Shown: positions 46,501-56,154 of the stretch, piece after piece
Position numbering within the stretch: position 1 is the first letter of the stretch
Layout of the letters: each line of letters starts with the position of its first letter
Assembly: GCA_024704765.1 (NCBI GenBank)
Contig: JAKMXF010000111.1
Span: 1,371,372 to 1,435,371, forward strand
DNA: 64,000 bases
Direction of reading: 5' to 3'
Origin: Oopsacas minuta
Lineage: Eukaryota > Animalia > Porifera
Position numbers and translations under genes: made by a program
The notes under the pieces: model-generated
Seen by the model: the letters and a program-made list of their open reading frames with translations, nothing else
Database searches by the model: none
Told to the model about the DNA's origin: nothing

Positions 46501-49500
46501 TTCAGGGTTATTCAGGGTTATTCTGGGTTATTCTGGGTTATTCAGGGTTATTCAGGGTTATTCAGGGTTATTCAGGGTTATTCTGGGTTATTCTGGGTTA
46601 TTCTGGGTTATTCTGGGTTATTCTGGGTTATTCTGGGTTATTCTGGGTTATTCTGGGTTATTCTGGGTTATTCTGGGTTATACTAGGAAATGCTATACTA
46701 TTTTTTAGAAAGTTTTTAGGCAGATATTCTCATTAAATGTAAACTCGCCCCTATTTGTTGTCACGGAGTTTACTGATCTAAGTTCTACATCAAATTTTTC
46801 CTCAAAATATTTAATTTCTGCTATATTGAGTAAAGCAAGATCGTTTACGACAAATTTGCCAACATAATTTATATTGACTGCTATTATCGAAACTAATAGA
46901 ATTGCTTGGTGTGTACTATATACTGCGTATAATGCATTATAGTAGAAATTATCAAATGATAAAAGATACCTTTCCTCCGAAGATAACTGTTCTAGCAACA
47001 TGGTTAGCTGTTGGATTCTTCTTAATTCTGTTGTATAGAGTAACTACATGCAGGACATTCATGAGCTGTCGCTTATACTCGTGTATCCTCTTCACTTGAA
47101 TATCAAATAGAGATTCTGGTAGGACTTCTATCCCATATTGCTCCTTGATATAAGCAGCTACAGATCGTTTGTTAGCTATCTTAATTTCTAGAACTTTACC
47201 AAGAAACACTTCATCGTTATCTAAAGCCTTCAATCGTTCTAGTTCTGACAGATTTCTAATCCAATCTTCACTATCTAAACTCTAGAGAAGTTCGTATAGC
47301 ATCAATTCAGTAACCCAATTACTCATATACTACCTTCATGAGGCGTATTTGAGATTAAATTTTGCGGGAACATCAAAATATTTTTACTATTAAACAAATA
47401 CAATTGTCTGGGCAATATAGTTTCAGAAATATTAAGTATAAAGTGTACACAATATTTTCTAATAAATTTGAGGAAATAATGAGAATTTTGCATAGTCACC
47501 ATCACCTTATGTGTTGAGGTGGAATATTAAAATTTCCAGTGTAATATACCACACGGGCACCCTCTACCAAACTAATAGATTGTATGATGGGCAATAAAGT
47601 TTCAGAGATATGGAGGTTTAAAGTGTACACAATTTTCGTTGTTAACTTCACACACATTCATTTCACAACATAAGGATATATGACAAATAGATCATTCTAA
47701 GTTTTCACATGCAGTTTTACAAATATTTGGTAGCGTCAGTACTTACTAATAATTTTGGTCTACTGTTAGAGTGAGGGAGGGGAGACTGGGCACCTTCGGC
47801 TTCGAGAATACGCCAAGGACTCTTTTAAATAATTAAATATAAATATGCGTCAAAAAAATTAACGAATATTCGAAAAATCGTCCTTTTAGGAAAGATTGGT
47901 TTAAGTATTACAAATTATTTAGCATAATTGGATTTCCTCTATGCATCAATCTTAAAATAACTAATCTACCTTAGTTATTAGTTCAGCTAATGAAGGATTA
48001 CAGAGCTTGAGCCAGCGTCTAGGAGTGATACCATTCGTTACATTCACAAACTTATCTGGAGTCATCTCACAGAAATCTTTAAATCTGAGAAACAATTAGT
48101 AAACACAAAGTAAGGTCCCAATATATATATATATATATATATATATTTCATAAATTGGACTCACGTTACATCATATATGGAACACAAACATATCGAAACA
48201 CCCGCTTATATCGAGTTGTACAAATATATTTCCTAACCATCAAAGTTACAATATTATTTGATCGGCTATATCGAAGAAATTATTGTGGTCCATTTAGCTT
48301 CGATGTAAGCTATAAATAGCTAATTAGTAAATTACGTTTCATTCTTAATAATATTTGTGTGAATAGCAGATACTCCGTTAACTTTGTGTGACCCTACGAT
48401 AGCAAGATGAGCCATGTTAACTCTCTTCTCTCCCCCTTCCTCTATCAGAGACATTCTCTGCATTTTAGTTACATCACCAGGATAACTGCGAGTAACATCC
48501 TACAAAATATCTGATAAAACAGTTAGATATAAATCAATAAAGTATAACTAACAATAAGATGTCTGTGATTAATCTCAAATATAATCTGCATGTGTCTAGG
48601 TAGCAGTCTCTCTATCATGGAAACAGCCCATCTCTCTAGGGCCTCAGGAAGTACCGTGTGGTTGGTGTAAGCAAATATCTTAGTACAAATACTCCATGCA
48701 GCTTCCCAGCTGAGACCTTCAATGTCAATCAGGACTCTCATCAGTTCTGGGATAGCCAGTGCTGGATGAGTGTCATTGAGCTGGATAGCAACCTTAATGT
48801 GCAAAAGGAATGTTATATATTTTTCGTATTTATCAATATCTATGATACCTACCATATCTGGGAGAGAGCTCCATAGAGCGCTAGCAACAGGAGTACCACC
48901 CTCAACATTCTGCTTAAATCTTCTAAGTATGTCTTGCATTGTAGCTGATACCATGAAGTATTCCTGTTTTAGACGTAACTCTTTTCCTTCAAAAAACTAA
49001 TATGAAAATATAAATTAAACTCTACTCTACATAGAAAAATTAAGTATAGGGTAATAATCTTACATTGTCGTTGGGGTAGAGAACTTTAGTTATGTTCTCT
49101 GCTGTATTTCTATCTAGAACAGCTTTCACATAGTCTCCATGGTTAAAGTAAGAAAGATCAAACTCTTTGGGGCTACTAGCAGACCACAAACGGAGAGAGT
49201 TACATGTCTTTGTGGCGTAGCCTGGAATAGGAGTGTCGTATGGTATGGCTAGTACAATCTAAATAAAAATAAATAACAACAATCTCTCCAATATTGTATG
49301 CTAAGAATGAATCGATTTTGAAATATACGTATGTAGCTAGTGTAATTATAATTAATACTACATTTATTTCATTCAAGTATATGCATTCGTTTACTTTTGT
49401 ATATACGATTATACATGGATGTATATTAGGAAAAACAATAATTACACACAGGGACGTCGCCAGGCTTTGATATCTAGTGGTCAACAAGTTCAGATGTTGC

Positions 49501-51705
49501 CCACCAGATTGAAGTTCCTAACAAATTTCAAAGCCTATGGGCGCTGTAAACAATCGGTAAATTCCAGGAGCGAACCCATCACAAGAAATAGCGTTTGGCC
49601 TGCAATTGCCCCAGAAAGTTAACATAACTGCGTAATACACATTTTGCTTGGATAATTTTCCTTTTGAATTTGTGCTTTGCGTATATGAATAAGATGGATA
49701 CATTTACTCGGTTATAAACACTCTCCATAGCGCCACTGTAATGTACCCCCGACCCGGATAATTGTAAAAATGAAGAAGTAAGGAACTAATTTTCTAAAGT
49801 GGTATATGGAGCTTGTTCTGGTTCTGTTGTCCAGAAGACAGACAAGTTCCAGGTTGTATAATTGGGTGTTAAATGAGATATTTTCTCCAAATATTTACTA
49901 AGCAATCTTGTAATTGTACCATTTGAGGATTCTTTATCTACTCGCACTGTAACTGAGATACTTTTCCAAGGATTAGGGGCCGTTCAAACGTTACGTAGCG
50001 CAAATTTCCTTAATTTTGACACCCCTCCCTGTGCCCGTTTTTTCACCGTTTTGTAATATAATAAGAACGGGGCTGTAACACTTCGCATACCACTCCTCCC
50101 CTTGTAGCGGTTACGTAAAGTTTGAACGCCCCCTTTATGTAAATCCCTATCATGAATTACATATTTGTAATTCTCAACTAAAGTCAAATTACATGATCAA
50201 TTACCTTTCATTGACAGAATAACTGACTGAATTTAGTACAGGACCCGTTTGGCCCTGGTAACCCTTGTAAAGCCTGCAATAAAGATCATGACGAGCAATT
50301 TCCCATTTTAGATAGAAGGTGTGAAAAAATCACTTTAGGAGCCCAAAAAAGTATACAGTGGAGTTTCCCAAAATGGACAACACCTCTACAACGGACAAAC
50401 TCATTGAAGGAAATAAAGTTTGTGGTATATTTCAATATATACAAGTTTAGTTTGGTTCCCGAACACTTCCTATGAGTTATATGATATTTTGTGTTCGGAC
50501 TTGCTATTTGCGACAAGACAAGGGTAAGAAGGTTGGGAATCACTGCTTTAAATGACATACATAATTTGTTCCGAACGACTGATCATCGTATTGAACTACG
50601 TAATATCTTATTTACACAGAAGTAATATATTGAAAATATATACCTGAGCGTCTTTCCAACTCTCCCCATCAGTCCTCCCATAGAACTGAACTTCATAAGC
50701 TTTTTCAGGTCTAGATTGCTCCCAAGGGTTACCAAACTTCAGCCAGTCTTCAGGATGTTCTACCTGCCATCCGTTATCAATTTTCTGTGAGAATATTCCG
50801 TACTCATACCTGATGCCATATCCGTATCCAGCTACACCTAATGTAGCCATGGAGTCCAGGAAGCAAGCTGAATATAGTATTATCAATAATTACAATCATT
50901 AATATACATATAATAATATAGCTAGCTCATGTACCTGCTAATCTTCCTAGACCTCCGTTACCCAGACCAGCGTCATTCTCTTCATCCTCAATTTGCTCTA
51001 TGTCCAGTCCAAGCTAGAGAGAATACATAAATACAATCTGAATCTGATATAGCTAATATACGACAGTTAACTCTCGTTATATAGAATCGGATATATGGAA
51101 ATACCCGTTTTATCGAAGTCTGAAATTGTGTAAATATGGTCCCAAACTGTCACAGTAATATAAATAAAATCGGTTATATAGAACTCCGCTTATACAAAAG
51201 TAATTATCGTGGTCCCTTGAGCTTCGATATAACAGTTGTCTGTATATGTACGAACAGTGCAGTATCTAACCTGGAAGAGAGCTTCCTCTACAATAGAGGA
51301 CATCTGTAAATTCACCATTGTATTAGTTAGCGTTCTTCCCATTAGAAACTCCATAGACAAGTAATAAACTCTCTAAAGTAGTATACATAAATGAAATAAG
51401 CTGTGTTTATATTTTTAATATTTGATCACTACAATTACCTTAGGATTTTCTTGATAATAATGTTGCTGTGTCTTGATCCACTTCTCAGCTAGTTTATCCC
51501 TGACTGCATTAGCAATAGCTGTGTAGTAATCGTGATTAGTAGACACCGTCCTATCCTTCATTAGCCTCAGATGTAAATGCTGATTGAATGCCTTCATTAC
51601 TGCATTGACATCTCCAACTTGTGTGATATTCTTTAGAGATATTTCTCTTCTTGCCTTTCCGATTGAAGGAACTTTCCTAAAAGCTGGTTTCATACCCTCA
51701 GACAT
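40506..51705 (-). CDS. PYG: Glycogen phosphorylase, 13 exons: 51705-51439, 51372-51271, 51013-50935, 50867-50644, 49258-49064, 48996-48853, 48792-48553, 48499-48336, 48084-47970, 47281-46970, 41309-41088, 41026-40697, 40637-40506
   Basis: Motifs [81 protein letters not shown] (PLP lysine), GTLDGANVE and FSSDRTI. Confidence 0.96.
42590..44635 (+). CDS. Rho guanine nucleotide exchange factor (DH-PH, PLEKHG7/PLEKHG5-like), intronless, nested antisense in the phosphorylase intron; first ATG at 42623
   Basis: DH motifs [15 protein letters not shown] and [22 protein letters not shown], followed by a PH-like region ([12 protein letters not shown]...[10 protein letters not shown]). Confidence 0.87.
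   Translation: MEKYIITPQGFMANIRHTISGSESISDTLASSLYKEKDILMSPQDENVNVSLNGEPNLWRLSLSKDSSRRRRNALFSISKFKQAFSKIELGESNEISIQSSTSISKMKENIETSNNCENTESIKDTFEKNDNDDTLQTNNIPGEEQSQKDTIVNALHWTDWISEEQLKGLTKQQLKQQEALWEFITRESEFISNLKIILSLFATRLDRLKHLDMLGNVHPENIFGGIKEIYQSHLSFWKECLHKCLRYAQNNKLPLSEQTFIETFPNEIESRFEVYLTHCLFATKYQEQILNAQKDDSFKEYLKWCQNQECSNHRSLADFLIQPLQHIMRYTLLLKAIRSHSTSEESKNKLTQLLEMLEAFLRHINSKVREQEEIEIVQQINEKLNCSSFLETTSPDEKFLSKYFKFDLLAPMPGLPFSMARILLKHSKLKMRDLTPLGLKTCFITHRHETYAKFNSVYVYLFTDIIILIRHNKIKLFDMIKHPILLGDIRLENHSPNQFYLISQSEFNMPTEILCFKASTQEIIESWMRAIKNASEKYTQAKHEFVNQGQFMQQIVDGKQMSLSTSYLSSSSSSTIESDFNSGFEEVNDKNTIDITSETGDIETQHHNRNIIQAITTETKDSAEISNNVTKEKYLDDSETKNYRRYLYRKGLVLRRKSINNHLLEEDYVGVMPQSLLVKT
44779..45121. 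mobile_element. hAT-type MITE, 343 bp
   Basis: Perfect 14-bp TIR CAGTGGCGTAGCCA and perfect 8-bp TSD GTGATGAG (44771-78, 45122-29). A similar solo end CAGTAGCGTAGCCAG lies near 31465. Confidence 0.93.
45821..46680 (+). repeat. Decamer tandem array (TTC[A/T]GGGTTA)x86 containing the telomeric hexamer GGGTTA
   Basis: Direct count: 40 TTCAGGGTTA, 45 TTCTGGGTTA and 1 TTCTGAGTTA. Confidence 0.98.
49976..50133. mobile_element. PIF/Harbinger-like MITE in a phosphorylase intron
   Basis: Left end GGGGCCGTTCAAACGTTACGTA versus reverse complement of the right end GGGGGCGTTCAAACTTTACGTA; flanks TTA and TTT. Confidence 0.7.
51058..51244. mobile_element. Degenerate TA-flanked MITE in phosphorylase intron 2; related copy at about 48195-48310
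   Basis: Imperfect inverted ends. Internal ACCCG..TTATATCGA and GTGGTCC...AGCTTCGAT segments are shared with the 48.2-kb copy. Confidence 0.45.
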
Positions 51706-52164
51706 ATTGTTTGTGCTAGTAACTGAATGCTGGTAATTATTTAATGAGGCATTAATATTGAAGATACATAGGGCCGTAGGAAACGGTAGGGCTAGGAAGA
51801 GCATAGCAATGCATATTTACCAACAGGCATCAATCACAGGAGTTTTCTTCTAATTAGGTGACTAGCATGTTTGAGCCTAAATCCTGTACATTTGAGCAAC
51901 CACACCCTAAAATTCCTGGACAAGATGCTGGACACTTTATTGTTGATAAGTTATGTATAAAAATATCAATTGATGCATTTAACATGGACGCAATCAAACA
52001 GATTCTGAATTTCGACGGTACACACAAGCAACTAACTTTAGAAAATGAATAATCAGAATTTATTGAGCATTTTATGGTAAATAGTGAATTGAAATATAAA
52101 TTTAGAAAACAAAACTAAATAAATAAGTAGAAATATATGGTAAATAAGCCGCGGGAGTCTTAAG

Positions 52165-54930
52165 CTAAATACTGAATTCCAGCTTGTTACGCTGATGCTG
52201 TTCATGTTTCCATAAGTAAGTTTCTAGAGAAAAGTCGCTACTCAGCTTAGATCGTTGATAAGGAGTGCGATCTTTTGAATCATGAAGGATAAGTGAGGAA
52301 TGAGCCTTGATTAGCATTTTACAAATACTCCTATTTCCCATACTAGCCGCTATGTGTAGCGCTGTTTCTTTGAGAATATTATCTTGAATGTCTATAGCTA
52401 TTAGAGGGTAGTTATCTATGAGGTATTGAGCTACTTGTCTGTGACCTTTTGAAGATGTTATGTGTAGCGGAGTTCTATTTAGAGTATCCACACAGTACAG
52501 ATTAACATCAAATGTGTGTATTTCTTGAACTTTCTCCAGATTCCCTTCAGAGCAAGCATTGAATAGTAACTCTTCTAATTCTCCCTTATTAAGCTGGGAC
52601 AGTTCTGACTTATTCTTCTCTTCAGAACTCTTAACTTCATCTTTAGTTATAGACTGTATTTTGTTATCTTTATTATCAATAGAGTTAACTGTATTACCTG
52701 CTCTGTTACTGACTCTAATAACTAGAGGAGATTCTCTACTATCACTCGATGTCACCTGCTGATGCTCCGGAGCAGGCTCTATGTCAATACCAGAGATGAG
52801 TGATAGAGTACCACTAGCACTCCTCATACACTCTAGCTTAAGGACGTACACAGCGTCAGAGGGTAAGTCCTGTACTTTAACAAGCTCTTCCTGGTCTGGA
52901 TGTATTCGTATGAATGTGTTCCTTTCTCCTGAAGATACGTTAAGATAGCACCATTGGCTAGGAGCTGGAGTTAAGTGGGACTGAAGTATACGCTGCACTT
53001 GATCGCGTAGAGAAGCTAGATTATCTGGCAGATTACAGTCTATATAGCCCTGATGGACAGCTGTTTTCCTCAACTGAGTTATATCCATATTGTAGTCATT
53101 GTAGTCTTCGAATGTAACTACATTAAGTACTAGCATGAGAGGACAAATCTCTTTAGATCGTATTTCTTGGAATCTATCCTTATCCTTCTTCTGAATAGAA
53201 TTGATGAGGAGGTTAGCAGAACACTTGAAGCTGATAAAGATAGAGCTCGGGTTAAGGAGACAAGGTTCTCCATCTACTTGTATAGGTAGTGTTACTGTAG
53301 ATGTTATTCTAATCTCTCTAGCCTGTACAATACGGTCTCCATGCCCTCCTACAAACAGCAGAGATATCTGTGACTGCTTCAATCCGATAACCTCTAACAT
53401 TCCATCGTGCTGATTCTGTAACACAAATGTGGATTTTTTGAGGTTCGGAGTGCCCCATGGATCTGTACCAGCACCATATGATGATATATTGAGGAATACT
53501 AAAGCAGCATAATTGTTATTCCGTATATGAGTTGTATAGTCAGTTCCATCACATACAAGTTCTATATGATCACACATAGATAGATAAGTCCTCTTCAAAA
53601 AGTCAATAGAACCTGTTTTGAGGTATATGAATTTGTTCTTGAGTCTGGATTGAGATTTGTCTCTATTCCTCTCTCTGAACTGATGGAATTCTAGAGCAGC
53701 ATGTGCATCCATTCCCATAGAGAAGTAATTACTCATTACCTGGATAGGTACGTCATCATTAGCAGAAGCATCTCTAGGTACATCTGTAGTGTTAGGAGTT
53801 ACTTCAACATTCCACCTGTCAAGAGCTCGGACACTAGCTGCCTCTATCTGGAATAGAATCTGGGTAAGAGGCTCGTCGTCCGAATAGGATGCTCCCCATC
53901 CACTCACACGAGACAAATCGTTACCAGTACCCAGAGGTAACATAGCGATAGGAGGTTTCCTAATCAGCTGGAGAGTCTCCATAGCACTCATCACCCATCC
54001 AGCTGTACCATCTCCCCCGCAGCATAACACACGTACGTTGGTACCCTGAAACAGCTGTAGTGCGTAGTCAGGCTTCACTTTAGTCAAATCAAACACTTGT
54101 CTGGGATTCAGTAGCCACATGAACTCCTTGAGTATGGTTAGACCCTGACCTCCACCGCTCTTTGGGTGCACAAACACCAACAGTGGGTACACATTACTAG
54201 CTCCCAACACCTGAGGTATGATAGAAAAGTTAGCTTGAGACTGGGGGCCAGGATCGAGAGAGAGAGGGGTGCTCTTATCATTAGAACAGGAGGATACATG
54301 GCCTAGCTGCTTATGGGTTTGTTTAGCGCGCGAAACTGGCAGAGATAGTGACATGCTGAGAGGAGTTTTCTCCAACTTGACAACCCAGGAGGACGGGAGA
54401 ATAAGTCTGGAATGTGGTCCTAACTTACAGCTGGCCTCTCTGACATCAGTGCTGAGACAATCTATATGATATACCTGGTGACACCAGGAACAGACAGGTA
54501 CAGCCTTATTCTTTGGAAATTTCTTCTGACATTTGTGACAAGAGAAATCTACTCCCAACTTCTCCACGAAATGATGTTCAGTCTCTACCTCAGATAGTTT
54601 CTGTGGATATATCCTGAATGTAGGCTTACAACCTAGCGTAAGATGAGACTTGGAGTGCTCTGGTATACAAATATTACAGGCTACACATTTGATACGCCTC
54701 GGGACACCCTCATGTGTAAGAAAAGAAGTATGGTGGTAATATGAAGGAAGTATATTCAGTTTATCAGATTTATGAGCCTCAAACCAGATGTGTTTATCAG
54801 GAATAGATTTGTTAGAGAAATCTACTTCTCCCTCAATGATAGACTTTGGTCCTGCAACAACACTAACCTTCTTTGATTGCTCCTTTGAAGGGTGGGAAGT
54901 GTCTAAGATACGTCTTGCCATCAAATGCAC
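52165..54930 (-). CDS. DGKI: Diacylglycerol kinase, type IV (zeta/iota-like): two C1 domains, catalytic domain and ankyrin repeats; single exon
   Basis: C1-type Cys/His motifs, PLLVFVHPKSGGGQG, LLNPRQVFDL, CGGDGTAGWV, LPLGTGNDL, NYFSMGMDA, PIQVDGEP and C-terminal ankyrin repeats (RTPLH, ETALH). Zeta versus iota is not resolved. Confidence 0.9.
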   Translation of the reverse strand: MHLMARRILDTSHPSKEQSKKVSVVAGPKSIIEGEVDFSNKSIPDKHIWFEAHKSDKLNILPSYYHHTSFLTHEGVPRRIKCVACNICIPEHSKSHLTLGCKPTFRIYPQKLSEVETEHHFVEKLGVDFSCHKCQKKFPKNKAVPVCSWCHQVYHIDCLSTDVREASCKLGPHSRLILPSSWVVKLEKTPLSMSLSLPVSRAKQTHKQLGHVSSCSNDKSTPLSLDPGPQSQANFSIIPQVLGASNVYPLLVFVHPKSGGGQGLTILKEFMWLLNPRQVFDLTKVKPDYALQLFQGTNVRVLCCGGDGTAGWVMSAMETLQLIRKPPIAMLPLGTGNDLSRVSGWGASYSDDEPLTQILFQIEAASVRALDRWNVEVTPNTTDVPRDASANDDVPIQVMSNYFSMGMDAHAALEFHQFRERNRDKSQSRLKNKFIYLKTGSIDFLKRTYLSMCDHIELVCDGTDYTTHIRNNNYAALVFLNISSYGAGTDPWGTPNLKKSTFVLQNQHDGMLEVIGLKQSQISLLFVGGHGDRIVQAREIRITSTVTLPIQVDGEPCLLNPSSIFISFKCSANLLINSIQKKDKDRFQEIRSKEICPLMLVLNVVTFEDYNDYNMDITQLRKTAVHQGYIDCNLPDNLASLRDQVQRILQSHLTPAPSQWCYLNVSSGERNTFIRIHPDQEELVKVQDLPSDAVYVLKLECMRSASGTLSLISGIDIEPAPEHQQVTSSDSRESPLVIRVSNRAGNTVNSIDNKDNKIQSITKDEVKSSEEKNKSELSQLNKGELEELLFNACSEGNLEKVQEIHTFDVNLYCVDTLNRTPLHITSSKGHRQVAQYLIDNYPLIAIDIQDNILKETALHIAASMGNRSICKMLIKAHSSLILHDSKDRTPYQRSKLSSDFSLETYLWKHEQHQRNKLEFSI

Positions 54931-55080
54931 ATACTATTTTATACAAAGAAAAGCGCGCAATTTATATACAATATGGATTACTAATAGACTACCATTCGTA
55001 CACAAAAGGATTCCTCGACCATATAATGGTGGTTAATAATTAATGCATTGTTTTACGTGATTCTTCCCATCAAATCAGAA

Positions 55081-55205
55081 TACACATACTATCCTACCAT
55101 AATATTAGATAATTAATATTATATTACACATACTATCCTACCATAATATTAGACAATTAATATTAATATTACACATACTATCCTACCATAATATTAGACA
55201 ATTAA
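55081..55205. repeat. 44-45-bp tandem repeat, about 2.8 copies
   Basis: TACACATACTATCCTACCATAATATTAGA[T/C]AATTAA repeated at 55081, 55125 and 55170. Confidence 0.9.
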
Positions 55206-55424
55206 GTAATTATTAAAATTATTAAAATGTTATTAGACCGACAAAATTTAGAAAGGTATAATGCAAAATACTACATAGAGTAGAAAGCGCCTAATTTCAA
55301 ATCGTATTTTAGCAAGAGTGTTTGTTTGTTGGTCCACTTTGTATTATAATGATAGGGGAAGATAAATTTCTGCGTATATAGCATAGGGAATATCCTTCTG
55401 TTGATGATATAGGGAAAGTAAACA

Positions 55425-55805
55425 ATTATATTGGGGTAATCGAGTACGCTGATTCCGATTTTCACACTTTCGAATTAATCATATGAAAATTATTTGTGGT
55501 TTTTATGAATATAAATTATAAAGTAAATAAATAATTAAATCTTAAAATATACATAGAGACCTTTAACGGTTATAGTTGGGTATCAAAGGATGCTGAATCC
55601 GAATTTCTCATATTCAAGTTTCCCTTATGTAAATTATTTGTTGTTTGTATGAATATAAAGTGAACAAATTGTTGAAATATTAATATATTCATTCAATTTT
55701 GTAATTTTATACTTTGGTAAATTCGAGGCACGAAGTGCCGAGTCTCATGCAAACACTTTGTGTTTGCAAGCCGCGAAGCGCGAGCAAGCGAAGCTGTTCG
55801 TATAA
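55425..55805 (+). repeat. Second full copy of the ~130-bp repeat family with terminal hairpin cluster
   Basis: Units near 55433 and 55575; hairpins at 55727-55800. Confidence 0.75.
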
Positions 55806-56154
55806 TATAAATAATTACAGCTTTTGTAAAACTTAAATATTTAATGAATCCATATTATACAGCATTAGAAGAGCCTGTTAGACATTTCATCATTTGAGTC
55901 ATAAGCGCAGAGTGTAAATAAACAATACCCGCCTTGCGGTAGTATTATTAGTGTAAATCGACCTAACAAGCATATCGCAATAATATTCAAAATATTTACA
56001 CAATATTATTGTTATTAGCTACAATAAAGAATAAATAACCTCACTACAAAATTACAAAATTACAAAAAATATTTACAAAAGTAAATCAATAATTATGTCT
56101 AACTAGTAAACATAGTATATATAAAGTATACAACGGATAATTTCCAGGTTCATG

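Noticed and set aside
45821-46680. Possible CRISPR-like array
   Set aside because: There are no unique spacers or cas genes; it is a pure tandem repeat in a eukaryotic intron.
45798-46736. 312-aa and 93-aa ORFs ([10 protein letters not shown] repeats)
   Set aside because: An artefact of a stop-free decamer on the + strand; there is no coding context.
48119-48146. (AT)n tract
   Set aside because: An ordinary intronic microsatellite.
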